Positions 24,393-32,000 of a stretch of 32,000 bases of DNA are shown here, in pieces (positions within the stretch are counted from its first letter, which is position 1; each line of letters begins with the position of its first letter). Origin of the DNA: Polynucleobacter sp. (GTDB lineage: Bacteria > Pseudomonadota > Gammaproteobacteria > Burkholderiales > Burkholderiaceae); NCBI RefSeq assembly GCF_030693775.1, contig NZ_JAUXZY010000002.1, positions 93,361-125,360 of the forward strand, in the 5' to 3' direction. The position numbers were made by a program, and so were the translations under genes. The notes below the pieces were generated by a model, which was not told the origin of the DNA, made no database searches, and worked only from the letters and a program-made list of their open reading frames with translations.

Positions 24393-25829
24393 TCAATGTC
24401 CGGCAGGGTTTGCTAACATCCCCGCCCCAGTAACGCTAGGCACCTGGAGTATTGTTGGTCTGCCAATTAAGGAGGACTGCAAAGCAGCATCTGTTAACCA
24501 AAATTGTTGCTGAGCATTAATCGCTGCAATTACTGCAGAGACCTGATCTCTTGAGTCGGCAATCAACTCAAAGACACCAATAATCATGCCGTTATAGCGA
24601 AGCTGACTTTCTTCAGCAATGGCTTTGCGTACAGGTATTACTTCTTTTCGATAGTGTTGGGATATATCGTATGCAGTTCGATAGGCCGAATAAGTCTCCC
24701 TCAAATTGGAACTAGCATTTCGAGTAACGCCCTCTAGCCGATTAAATGCAGCCAAAGTTTGGGCATTCATGGCGTCCCTACTCATATTCCCCCAATCGAA
24801 AATTGGTAGTCGAATTGAGATTTCATAACCCTGCTTTGGGGTGCTCTCACCAGATGCTGAATCAAATTTAGTGCCGCGATTAAAGCCCAGCTCAATATCG
24901 GTAAAACTGGTGATTTTGTTAAGCCCCTGGGCCTTCGCTGCTGCCTCTAAAGTTGCTGTAGCCAAGCGTATATCTAGCCGCTCTACACCGGCTTGCTGCG
25001 CAATAAATTCGGTGTTTGGTGGTTGCTTAGGCAGATCAGGTAAACGATCGGGCAATTTCAGTTCTTTTGCCTGAGCTTCACTTAGCCCAAGAGCACGAAC
25101 AAGCTCCTCCCTACGGCTTACTGAAGTCTGTTTTGCATTAGCAAACTGCGTGGCCGAATCTGCATAAAAAGCCTGCTGCCTTGCACGAGTAATCTTATTG
25201 AGATTACCTACCGCCTCCATGCGCCTTGCTAACTCAGCACTTGCTTCTGCACTTCGAAAAACTTGATCGGCATATTTAAGGGATTGCTCTGCTGCAACTG
25301 CACGAACCCAGGCTTGGCGAACCAAAGTAACCTGATCAATGATTTCGGTCGTTAAACGCAATTGAGCTTGTTCAATTCGCTTATCAGCTATTCCTTTGCG
25401 CTGTGGCAAAGTAATCAGGTCTAATAATCCAAATACAAACCAGCGATTAAATTCGATCTCTGGACTAGTAACCATTCGCTCAAAAGCAAAATAAGGATTA
25501 GACATTCTGCCTGCTTGGGCAGCAGACGCTGCTTCAGACCAATTCTGGGCAATAAGTGCTTGAACGGCTGGACTATTAATCAAGGCAAGCTGAACAGCAT
25601 CGCTTTGATTTAAATTCTTAGCCAGCAGCTCCTGAGCTCTACCCTGAAGAACATCACGCTCATCTGACGATTTTGCTAAAACAACCTGGCCATTAGTAAA
25701 TTTACTCGAATCTAGATTCGTTTTTTGTAAGGCCTCGTCAATATTGACGCTAGCGCATCCAGTAAGAGCACTCGCAAATAAGATTGATACTATTTTGTAT
25801 CGTTTATTGAAAGGCATGGTCATCATCAT
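24393..25829 (-). CDS. Outer-membrane efflux factor (TolC/NodT-family lipoprotein)
   Basis: 478 aa. Lipobox LTGC. The two-repeat helical/beta OMF architecture is inferred from length and composition. GGGAG SD. The start overlaps the upstream ORF stop (ATGA). Confidence 0.88.
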   Translation of the reverse strand: MMMTMPFNKRYKIVSILFASALTGCASVNIDEALQKTNLDSSKFTNGQVVLAKSSDERDVLQGRAQELLAKNLNQSDAVQLALINSPAVQALIAQNWSEAASAAQAGRMSNPYFAFERMVTSPEIEFNRWFVFGLLDLITLPQRKGIADKRIEQAQLRLTTEIIDQVTLVRQAWVRAVAAEQSLKYADQVFRSAEASAELARRMEAVGNLNKITRARQQAFYADSATQFANAKQTSVSRREELVRALGLSEAQAKELKLPDRLPDLPKQPPNTEFIAQQAGVERLDIRLATATLEAAAKAQGLNKITSFTDIELGFNRGTKFDSASGESTPKQGYEISIRLPIFDWGNMSRDAMNAQTLAAFNRLEGVTRNASSNLRETYSAYRTAYDISQHYRKEVIPVRKAIAEESQLRYNGMIIGVFELIADSRDQVSAVIAAINAQQQFWLTDAALQSSLIGRPTILQVPSVTGAGMLANPAGH

Positions 25830-26143
25830 TTAACTCCCTCGTGATGATTTTTCGAGTGCTCTTCGCTTGTTGGCGCCACATCAGCCTGAGCAGCTTCTTT
25901 TGCATACACTTTCCATCCGCCGATCTTTTGGACGGTAGCGTTAGCCTGCCTCCAAGGAATGATCTCCTCTTCCGAATAAGGCTGATAATTTTTAAATACT
26001 GACGTGTACTGCAGCGACTCGGCAATAAACTTTGCCGAAGAACCATTTACCGCCGCATCTTGCGCCGATGCAACTGGACTACCTAGTAATGTGAGCGCCA
26101 ATAGAAACATTCCATTGCCCCACATGCATTTAAATATGCTCAT
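25826..26143 (-). CDS. Small secreted protein preceding the OMF gene
   Basis: I chose the start at MSIFKCMWGNGMFLLALTLLGSPVASA (GGAGAA SD). The mature part contains IPWRQANATVQKIGGWKVYAKE. From memory, I associate this pattern with small proteins upstream of metal-efflux OMF genes. Confidence 0.6.
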   Translation of the reverse strand: MSIFKCMWGNGMFLLALTLLGSPVASAQDAAVNGSSAKFIAESLQYTSVFKNYQPYSEEEIIPWRQANATVQKIGGWKVYAKEAAQADVAPTSEEHSKNHHEGVK

Positions 26144-26209
26144 AATTTCTCCAATAGACAAACGTAGCGACAAGACTTGTCGCCAAAATCTACTTACTAC
26201 TGAGGAAAT

Positions 26210-26578
26210 TTAAATCCGAGGGGGTTTGTAAATGCTACCTAGCGATTGGCCGAGTGCCAAAGTAGGAGCGTAAGGCAGTAGATTGTCCGCATACTGCAAA
26301 GGAGCAACTACGGAGGATGAAACTGTTAAATCAGCAATACCAACGCAGCACTGAGAAGCGGTATGGCACTTTGTAGCCACTTTCTTTGCCGACTTTTCTA
26401 TCGATGAAGTGCAATCGTTACATTGCTTATGCTGCATATGAGAGTCAGCATTATCAGCATGAGTCGCAGCTTGGGACTGGTGCGCATGGTGTTGATCGGA
26501 AACGAATACGGGCATGCTAGCCGCATGAATCAGGCTAATAAAAAAACTTAAACATAAGAAAACGCATACTTTCCGCAT
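26210..26578 (-). CDS. Small secreted His/Cys-rich protein
   Basis: 122 aa. Signal peptide. HHAHQSQAATHADNADSHMQHKQCNDC...CHTASQCC. Ends in YKPPRI. First gene of the long copper operon. Confidence 0.6.
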   Translation of the reverse strand: MRKVCVFLCLSFFISLIHAASMPVFVSDQHHAHQSQAATHADNADSHMQHKQCNDCTSSIEKSAKKVATKCHTASQCCVGIADLTVSSSVVAPLQYADNLLPYAPTLALGQSLGSIYKPPRI

Positions 26579-26706
26579 TGTTTAATATTACACTGAATTT
26601 AGCGTTTTGTCGGCCTTACTCTTCACATTTTGAGTCTAGGTATTAACTTACTGGGCTATTGAGGCTATAAATTCAAGAAGATGTGAATAATCCATTTGGT
26701 TTGTAA

Positions 26707-28047
26707 ATGGGTGTTTATCGTAAAGTGCTACAAGAACCCCCACCACCCCCCACCAAAAAGATAGTAGATTCGAAATCCATGTCAGATAAAGCCGCCAAAC
26801 TCAATGCCCAGTGCAACTGCATCAGCGTAGACAAACAGAAACTAGATATTGAGGTTCATCGCCTTATTAGTGATCTGGACCTTGCTGATTCAACTGCTAC
26901 AAAGATAGGCTCGATGCTCTCAAGTAGCGGAGTATTTATTGACCAAGCCGCCTTAGATCAGATGAAAGCATTAGTAAAAGCGGTCTATAAAGTTTGCGAA
27001 ATGCCTTTATTTCAAAAATTAGTTCTTGAGCAAGCTCCATCCATTGCTAGACATCAACAAAGTACAAGTGGTGTTTTTTATGGATTTGATTTTCACCTAG
27101 GGGTAAATGGCCCGCAATTAATTGAAATCAATACCAATGCAGGCGGCGCTATGATTTCTGCCCTTGAAATTGGGGCATCGATAAATTGCTGTGAGCCAGT
27201 AGAGAGACGCTTGGGAGCAAGAAATATGCCCAATGAAATTTATGAGACTTTTCTGGATATGTTTACCCGGGAGTGGAGATCCTTCAATAGGGATCCTTCT
27301 GCGCAATTAAAGACGATTGCAATCGTTGATGAGAGTCCAACTGAACAATTCTTATATCCTGAGTTTCAACTCTTCCAAGCCCTGTTTCAAAAGCATGGAA
27401 TCACGACAATCATCACCTCTCCAGATGGTCTCGTAATTAAAGATCAAAAGGTTTACTTCGGCGAAGTCCAAATTGACTTAATCTATAACCGAACGACCGA
27501 CTTTTATTTTCAAGGTTCATCATACGAAGCGCTTAGAGACGCTTATCTTCAAGATCTTGTAGCCATCACCCCAAACCCCTTTAATCATGCAGTATTTGCC
27601 AATAAAGATAACCTTTGCATCTTAAGCAATCGGGAACATCTTGACTCCCTAGGGGTTGACTTGGCTATACAAGAAATACTCCTAAGCCACATTCCGGAGA
27701 CTGTAAAAGTGTCCTCTAAAAACGAAGAATCTCTTTGGACAAATCGCAAAGACTACTTTTTCAAGCCCAGTCAAGGCTATGGGAGTCGCGCTGTATATCG
27801 CGGAGATAAATTAACTAAAGGCGTATGGGGTCAAATTAAGGATAAAAGCTATATTGCACAAAAAGTAATTCCACCAAGCAAACGAACCATCACGATTGAT
27901 GGTAATGAGGTTGATCTTAAAGTCGATATTAGAGATTATGTCTTTGAAGGTAATTCACTCATTTCAGTAAGTCGCATATACCAAGGGCAAACAACAAATT
28001 TAAGAACCTTGGGAGGCGGCTTCTCACCTCTTTATGGCGTAGACTAA
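26707..28047 (+). CDS. ATP-grasp-fold protein (circularly permuted / glutathionylspermidine-synthase-like)
   Basis: 446 aa. GFDFHLGVNGPQLIEINTNAGG, FFKPSQGYGSRAVYRG, IAQKVIPPS and NLRTLGGGFSP resemble the conserved blocks of circularly permuted type-2 ATP-grasp proteins. The start is uncertain (no SD; alternative Met25). Confidence 0.65.
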   Translation: MGVYRKVLQEPPPPPTKKIVDSKSMSDKAAKLNAQCNCISVDKQKLDIEVHRLISDLDLADSTATKIGSMLSSSGVFIDQAALDQMKALVKAVYKVCEMPLFQKLVLEQAPSIARHQQSTSGVFYGFDFHLGVNGPQLIEINTNAGGAMISALEIGASINCCEPVERRLGARNMPNEIYETFLDMFTREWRSFNRDPSAQLKTIAIVDESPTEQFLYPEFQLFQALFQKHGITTIITSPDGLVIKDQKVYFGEVQIDLIYNRTTDFYFQGSSYEALRDAYLQDLVAITPNPFNHAVFANKDNLCILSNREHLDSLGVDLAIQEILLSHIPETVKVSSKNEESLWTNRKDYFFKPSQGYGSRAVYRGDKLTKGVWGQIKDKSYIAQKVIPPSKRTITIDGNEVDLKVDIRDYVFEGNSLISVSRIYQGQTTNLRTLGGGFSPLYGVD

Positions 28048-28248
28048 GACTGATAAGGTTTAAGACACAATTTAAATTTCTATCTTCTTTAATTCTGAAA
28101 TTGCAATCAAATAAGCTCAGTCACTAAAATTACTGCGACTACTTCTGGCCGATTTGAGTCATCTGAGTGAATTCAATCAATTTGGATCTTATCGACCCAA
28201 GGGAGACCTTGGAGGACAAGTCCAGTAACTCATCCCCCTAGTGTGTTA

Positions 28249-28749
28249 CTACCTTGACCGATCCATCCACATATAGTTCTGCTGCATCATTTGGTTCATC
28301 ATATTCTGCTGCATACCCATGTATTGATCCATCATGTATTGGCGTTGCTTTAACTGCTCAGGTGTTAATTTAGAGTAATAGGGGCCCATACCATTCCAAC
28401 CCATCATGTGTCCACCCATCATGCCGCCGTTACCACCACAACAACCCATCATTCCCGAACCCCACATGCCTTGCATCATATTCATGTTGCCCTGCATTGT
28501 GCTCCAGTGAGCCTGCATCAGCTTTTGCCTTTCTTGCGGATCTTGAGTTGCACGGATCTGATCCATCTGCTGTTGCATCTTTTTAAAGTTCTCTTGAATT
28601 TGAGCGGCTTGCTTATCAAACTCCGCTACATCAACATTTTTTTGTTGTGTCTGTGAGGCTTTAGTGCCTGCCCCTGCTGATTGCGCCAAAACGGGCGCAC
28701 TTAGTAAAACACCTAAACTTAAAATCCCAACCCATCCTAGCTTTTTCAT
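28249..28749 (-). CDS. ZraP/CpxP/Spy-like periplasmic protein, Met/Gly/Cys-rich
   Basis: I chose the internal start MKKLGWVGILSLGVLLSAPVLA (AAGGAG SD); the longer ORF would overlap the ATPase gene. LTxxQ motif (LTPEQL). MWGSGMMGCCGGNGGMMGGHMMGWNGMG resembles the ZraP metal-binding tail. It lies 41 nt downstream of the ATPase. Confidence 0.75.
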   Translation of the reverse strand: MKKLGWVGILSLGVLLSAPVLAQSAGAGTKASQTQQKNVDVAEFDKQAAQIQENFKKMQQQMDQIRATQDPQERQKLMQAHWSTMQGNMNMMQGMWGSGMMGCCGGNGGMMGGHMMGWNGMGPYYSKLTPEQLKQRQYMMDQYMGMQQNMMNQMMQQNYMWMDRSR

Positions 28750-28790
28750 TTTAGTACTCCTTGAGTTAACTGCTTGATATGAACTAACAC

Positions 28791-30971
28791 CTAGCTTCTT
28801 AATAACCGCAATCCATTTGCCACTACTAGCAAGCTCGCACCCATATCCGCAAATACCGCCATCCACATCGTGGCTTGCCCTGTAAAGGTAAGCACAAGGA
28901 AAATAGCTTTAATGCCAAGAGCAAGAACAATGTTTTGAGTCAGAATTAGAGCGGTTGATTTGGATAGCCGAATAAAGGTAGCAATCTTGCGTAAATCATC
29001 ATCCATTAGCGCAACATCAGCAGTCTCTATCGCAGTATCGGTTCCAGCCGCCCCCATCGCAAATCCAATACTTGCTCTTGCTAAAGCGGGGGCATCATTA
29101 ATGCCATCTCCAACCATGCCTACCTTTACATTGGGATCCTTTTTTAGGCGACTGTCAATTATTTTGAGCTTATCTTCAGGCAATAAATTACCCATAATCT
29201 CATCGACACCCACCTGTTTACCTATTGCCTTAGCGGTGTGCTGATTGTCACCAGTGAGCATGATGGTAGTCACGCCTAATTGGTGAAGCTCATCAATAGC
29301 CTGCTTGCTTGTTTCTCTAACAGTATCGGCCACCGCAATAATGGCTAAAACCTCTGTTTGGTTGGTAAGCAATACGGCCGTTTTGCCTTGCTGCTCTAGC
29401 GGTAATAAACGATTCTCAATATCATCAGAGCACAAACCCAATTCTTCAATCAGTCGATGATTGCCAAGGTAATACAAATTACCCTCAATAACGCCTTTGA
29501 CTCCGCGACCCAGAATCGCCTCAAAGCTATCTACAGTCATTAAATCATTCTTTTGCTCTTGATTAGTATGGGCAATTGCTAGAGATACGGGATGATCAGA
29601 TCGTGCTGCAAGACTGATGGCAATTTCGTGAATATGCTTGTCATTGCCACTTAATACAAAAAAGTCAGTTTGTGCAGGCTTTCCATAGGTGAGCGTTCCT
29701 GTCTTATCGAGCGCTAAGACTTTCATACTCCGCCCCGCTTCTAAAAAAGCGCCTCCTTTAATTAAGATGCCTTTTCTTGCGGCAGATGCTAAGCCACTCA
29801 CAATCGTTACTGGTGTTGAGATCACTAAGGCACAAGGGCAAGCAATTACCAGCATAACCAACGCCTTATAGATCCACTCTTGCCATGACTGCGCCATTAA
29901 CAATGGAGGCAAAACAGCAACCAATACTGCAAGCAAGAAGACCGCTGGGGTATAGATCCTAGCGAATTGATCAACAAAACGCTGGGTGGGCGCACGACTT
30001 CCTTGCGCTGCTTCAACTGCATGAATAATTCGAGCTAGCGTTGAATGAGTCGCTTCTGCAGTAACTTTGTATTCGAACGATCCTGTCTGATTGATCGTTC
30101 CTGCAAATACCTCATCGCCAACTATCTTATCGACGGGTAGGCTCTCACCCGTGATTGGCGCTTGATTTACTGCCGAGTTACCACTTATTAATATGCCGTC
30201 TAAAGCTATTCGCTCTCCAGGACGCACTCGAACTAAAGCACCTAAAGCGATAGCCTTTACATCCGTTAGCACCCAAGAGCCATCGGCTTGCTGAACGGTT
30301 GCGGTTTCAGGGGTGAGGTCTAATAAGCCACGAATCGCATTACGAGCACGATCTAATGACTTGGCTTCAATTACTTCAGCTAGAGTAAATAAGAACATCA
30401 CCATGGCTGCTTCTGGCCAACTTCCAATCGCCATCGCACCTGTGACTGCAATTGACATTAAGGCATTGATATTGAGATTGCCATTCTTTAATGCAATCCA
30501 GCCCTTTTTATAGGTGGTCAGGCCACCTGAAGCAATTGAGGCGATTACTAGAGCAATGACAATCCACTGATTACCAAGTTGCAGCAATTCCATGATTTCA
30601 GCCAAGGTTGCAGTGATACCTGCAACAGCCAATGGCCACCAATTGGTTTTAGGCATAGGCTCAATCGAGCTGTCCTTTGTAGAAGTCTGACCACTTTGTA
30701 GCACCGCCTGCATTCCAATTGAACCCAAAGCGGACTCGATAGCGTCAAGTGAGTTGAGATTGTGACCAACCGTGAGTATCCTTTGCATTAAGTTAAAGTC
30801 CAGCGACTCAATGCCGCTTACACTAACTAGCTTTTTGCGAATAAGCGCCTCTTCAGTTGGGCAGTCCATATTTTCAATGCGATAGATGGCCTTATTCTTG
30901 CTCGGTATTTCAGAAGCCTTTGTCACAGGGGTTGATGTTGAACAACTACAGGAGGTATTGCATTCGCTCAT
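28791..30971 (-). CDS. cadA: Cd/Zn/Pb-translocating P1B-type ATPase
   Basis: 726 aa. Cys-rich N-terminus (CNTSCSCS). HMA variant MDCPTEE. TM CPC motif ACPCALVISTP. DKTGTLT and GDGINDAP are present. Divergent from a CadR-like MerR regulator. The Cd versus Zn versus Pb preference cannot be read from sequence. Confidence 0.93.
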   Translation of the reverse strand: MSECNTSCSCSTSTPVTKASEIPSKNKAIYRIENMDCPTEEALIRKKLVSVSGIESLDFNLMQRILTVGHNLNSLDAIESALGSIGMQAVLQSGQTSTKDSSIEPMPKTNWWPLAVAGITATLAEIMELLQLGNQWIVIALVIASIASGGLTTYKKGWIALKNGNLNINALMSIAVTGAMAIGSWPEAAMVMFLFTLAEVIEAKSLDRARNAIRGLLDLTPETATVQQADGSWVLTDVKAIALGALVRVRPGERIALDGILISGNSAVNQAPITGESLPVDKIVGDEVFAGTINQTGSFEYKVTAEATHSTLARIIHAVEAAQGSRAPTQRFVDQFARIYTPAVFLLAVLVAVLPPLLMAQSWQEWIYKALVMLVIACPCALVISTPVTIVSGLASAARKGILIKGGAFLEAGRSMKVLALDKTGTLTYGKPAQTDFFVLSGNDKHIHEIAISLAARSDHPVSLAIAHTNQEQKNDLMTVDSFEAILGRGVKGVIEGNLYYLGNHRLIEELGLCSDDIENRLLPLEQQGKTAVLLTNQTEVLAIIAVADTVRETSKQAIDELHQLGVTTIMLTGDNQHTAKAIGKQVGVDEIMGNLLPEDKLKIIDSRLKKDPNVKVGMVGDGINDAPALARASIGFAMGAAGTDTAIETADVALMDDDLRKIATFIRLSKSTALILTQNIVLALGIKAIFLVLTFTGQATMWMAVFADMGASLLVVANGLRLLRS

Positions 30972-31002
30972 AGCGGAAACCTAAATGATGAAGACATAAA
31001 AC

Positions 31003-31033
31003 ATTTAACACCCTATAGTAACTATAGAGTCAA
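31003..31033 (-). promoter_or_regulatory. MerR-type promoter/operator of the cadA-like gene
   Basis: On the minus strand: TTGACT (31033-31028), a 19-nt spacer, then TTAAAT (31008-31003). The spacer contains the dyad CTATAGT-A-ACTATAG (31013-31027). An over-long 19-bp spacer with a central dyad is the hallmark of MerR-family activated promoters. Confidence 0.8.
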
Positions 31034-31069
31034 GGGATTAGAATAAAAATGTAAAAACTTGGAGGTCAA

Positions 31070-31468
31070 ATGAGAATTGGTGAACTAGCAACAGCCACAA
31101 GCACTCAAGTGGAAACTATTCGGTTTTATGAACAAGAGGGTTTGTTAGCAAAACCGGCTCGATCTGAGGGTAACTTCCGAATCTACGGGGATCAGCACCT
31201 GCAACGCCTTACATTTATTCGCCACTGCCGCTCGCTGGACATGACCTTAAGTGAAATTCGTCAATTACTTCGCTTAAAAGATTTGCCCGATGAAAACTGT
31301 GATGCAGTAAATGAATTGCTTGATGCCCATATTGAAGGTGTAAGCAATCGAATTAATGAGCTACGCCAACTTGAGCGACAATTAAAGCTGCTCAGAAAAC
31401 AATGTCATGCGAATCAGGACTCAGCACATTGCGGGATCTTAAATAAATTATCGCTACCCGTGAAGTAA
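31070..31468 (+). CDS. cadR: MerR-family metal-responsive regulator (CadR/PbrR/ZntR-like)
   Basis: 132 aa. GGAGG SD. N-terminal HTH MRIGELA...VETIRFYEQEGLL. Coiled-coil dimerisation helix. Metal-binding Cys residues (ENCDAV; QCHANQDSAHCG). Confidence 0.9.
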   Translation: MRIGELATATSTQVETIRFYEQEGLLAKPARSEGNFRIYGDQHLQRLTFIRHCRSLDMTLSEIRQLLRLKDLPDENCDAVNELLDAHIEGVSNRINELRQLERQLKLLRKQCHANQDSAHCGILNKLSLPVK

Positions 31469-31659
31469 AAAAGAGGTGACACTACCGCCTCTTATTAGCC
31501 GAAAGCAGTCATCGGCCTTTTGCCGATTTACCAATAACCAATCGTTAACACCCAAGGAACCCTGTCTAAAGCCAATTCGACATTTTTAAGCCCGTTGGGA
31601 ACAATAGACAATATTGGGTCGTTGTGAGTGGGAATGTTAAGCACTGATTAGCCGTGAGC

Positions 31660-31694
31660 GTCTCGAAACACGACGGTTGTCGGGTTAACCGACA
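31660..31694. repeat. Composite hairpin repeat (inverted copy of the att-like core plus a TTGTCG-N7-CGACA hairpin)
   Basis: GTCTCGAAACACGAC (31660-31674) is the exact reverse complement of GTCGTGTTTCGAGAC at 16259-16273. TTGTCGGGTTAACCGACA (31677-31694) matches 16317-16334 and 3871-3889. Confidence 0.6.
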
Positions 31695-31830
31695 TAGTAG
31701 GATGCCGTTAGCAATGGACCGATAACGACCCAAAACCAACTATAGATGGGCGCTGTCTTTACTATTCAGCGAGGTTAATCCAGATCATTTAGGGCGACCC
31801 AGAGTACAGACTAGATTGAGCTGATTTAGG

Positions 31831-32000
31831 CTATAAATTAAATCCTGCTGTAATCACTTTCGCTTTTATCTTGATAACTGCTATAGCCTTAGCTCCCTTG
31901 GGAATAGCGAAATTACCTTTCACTTCCAATTTGCCTCCATTAGGCAGTAGCTCATAATCTTTTTTATCTGATCCAATTAAGACTGTCAGCTTTGCGGTCC
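31831..32000 (-). CDS. Possible 3' end of a gene running off the window
   Basis: Hand-translated C-terminus: ...TAKLTVLIGSDKKDYELLPNGGKLEVKGNFAIPKGAKAIAVIKIKAKVITAGFNL-stop (TAG at 31831-31833). Beta-rich and open to the window edge. Too short to classify. Confidence 0.3.
   Translation of the reverse strand, partial: TAKLTVLIGSDKKDYELLPNGGKLEVKGNFAIPKGAKAIAVIKIKAKVITAGFNL

Noticed and set aside
20276-26213. Small ORFs 20276-20509, 21873-22179, 22387-22971, 23352-23597, 23902-24096, 24841-25074, 25804-26046 and 26004-26213
   Set aside because: All overlap confidently assigned copper-cluster genes in other frames or on the other strand. Several are His/Cys/Arg-rich mirror translations of Met/His-rich coding DNA.
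28750-28866. Long N-terminal extension of the Met-rich protein ORF (start at 28866)
   Set aside because: It would overlap the ATPase 3' end by 76 nt. The internal ATG at 28749 has a strong AAGGAG SD and begins a canonical signal peptide.
28960-30769. ORFs 28960-29244, 29689-29871, 30313-30513 (+) and 30548-30769 (-) inside the Cd/Zn ATPase gene
   Set aside because: They are antisense or out-of-frame shadows of the 726-aa ATPase, which carries all P1B signature motifs.
1-32000. CRISPR arrays, rRNA genes, IS elements/transposases, prophage structural genes
   Set aside because: I scanned the intergenic regions for regularly spaced repeats and the ORF translations for DDE or HUH transposase, capsid, terminase and cas signatures, and found none. 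The only tandem DNA repeat is TGTACTC x2 at 5-18, which is trivial.

Overview
This is a 32-kb, accessory-rich segment of a low-GC (roughly 40-45%) proteobacterial chromosome. The gene content looks betaproteobacterial/Burkholderiales-like, but the taxon is inference only. (1) 184-2255 holds an ompR/envZ-like two-component pair. (2) 2349-2431 holds only the 3' part of a tRNA-Lys(UUU) plus its terminator, which I read as an island attachment scar. (3) 2.5-5.3 kb is a small accessory block: a 2-TM protein with a GAF-like C-terminus and an overlapping 66-aa ORF, a stand-alone HsdR-N/PD-(D/E)xK nuclease-like protein, and a secreted protein. (4) 5369-16276 is a putative ~10.9-kb integrative element bounded by a 23-nt near-perfect direct repeat, with a tyrosine integrase at its right edge. 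Its cargo is an overlapping unknown 124+386-aa pair, a 330-aa protein with a C-terminal HEPN-type RNxxxH motif plus unknown partners, an AGTTGC-repeat control region, a catalytic-domain-only tyrosine recombinase, a nucleotidyltransferase TA-like pair, and a 258-aa / clamp-loader-like AAA+ / 182-aa trio. These cargo cassettes are my best candidates for an undescribed system of the defence or abortive-infection type. (5) 16.3-31.7 kb is a heavy-metal island. A long minus-strand copper cluster encodes two small secreted proteins, an OMF lipoprotein, a multicopper oxidase, a cupredoxin, DUF411, a CusF-like protein, an HMA protein, LemA-TPM-TPM, a Cu P-type ATPase and DUF2789. Next come a divergent ATP-grasp-like gene, a Cd/Zn/Pb-type P1B ATPase with a ZraP/Spy-like Met-rich protein, and a divergent CadR-like MerR regulator with a textbook 19-bp-spacer promoter. 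A family of related TGTC...GACA hairpins marks the module borders. I saw no rRNA, CRISPR array, IS element or transposase. All functional calls come from motifs read by eye; no database search was possible.
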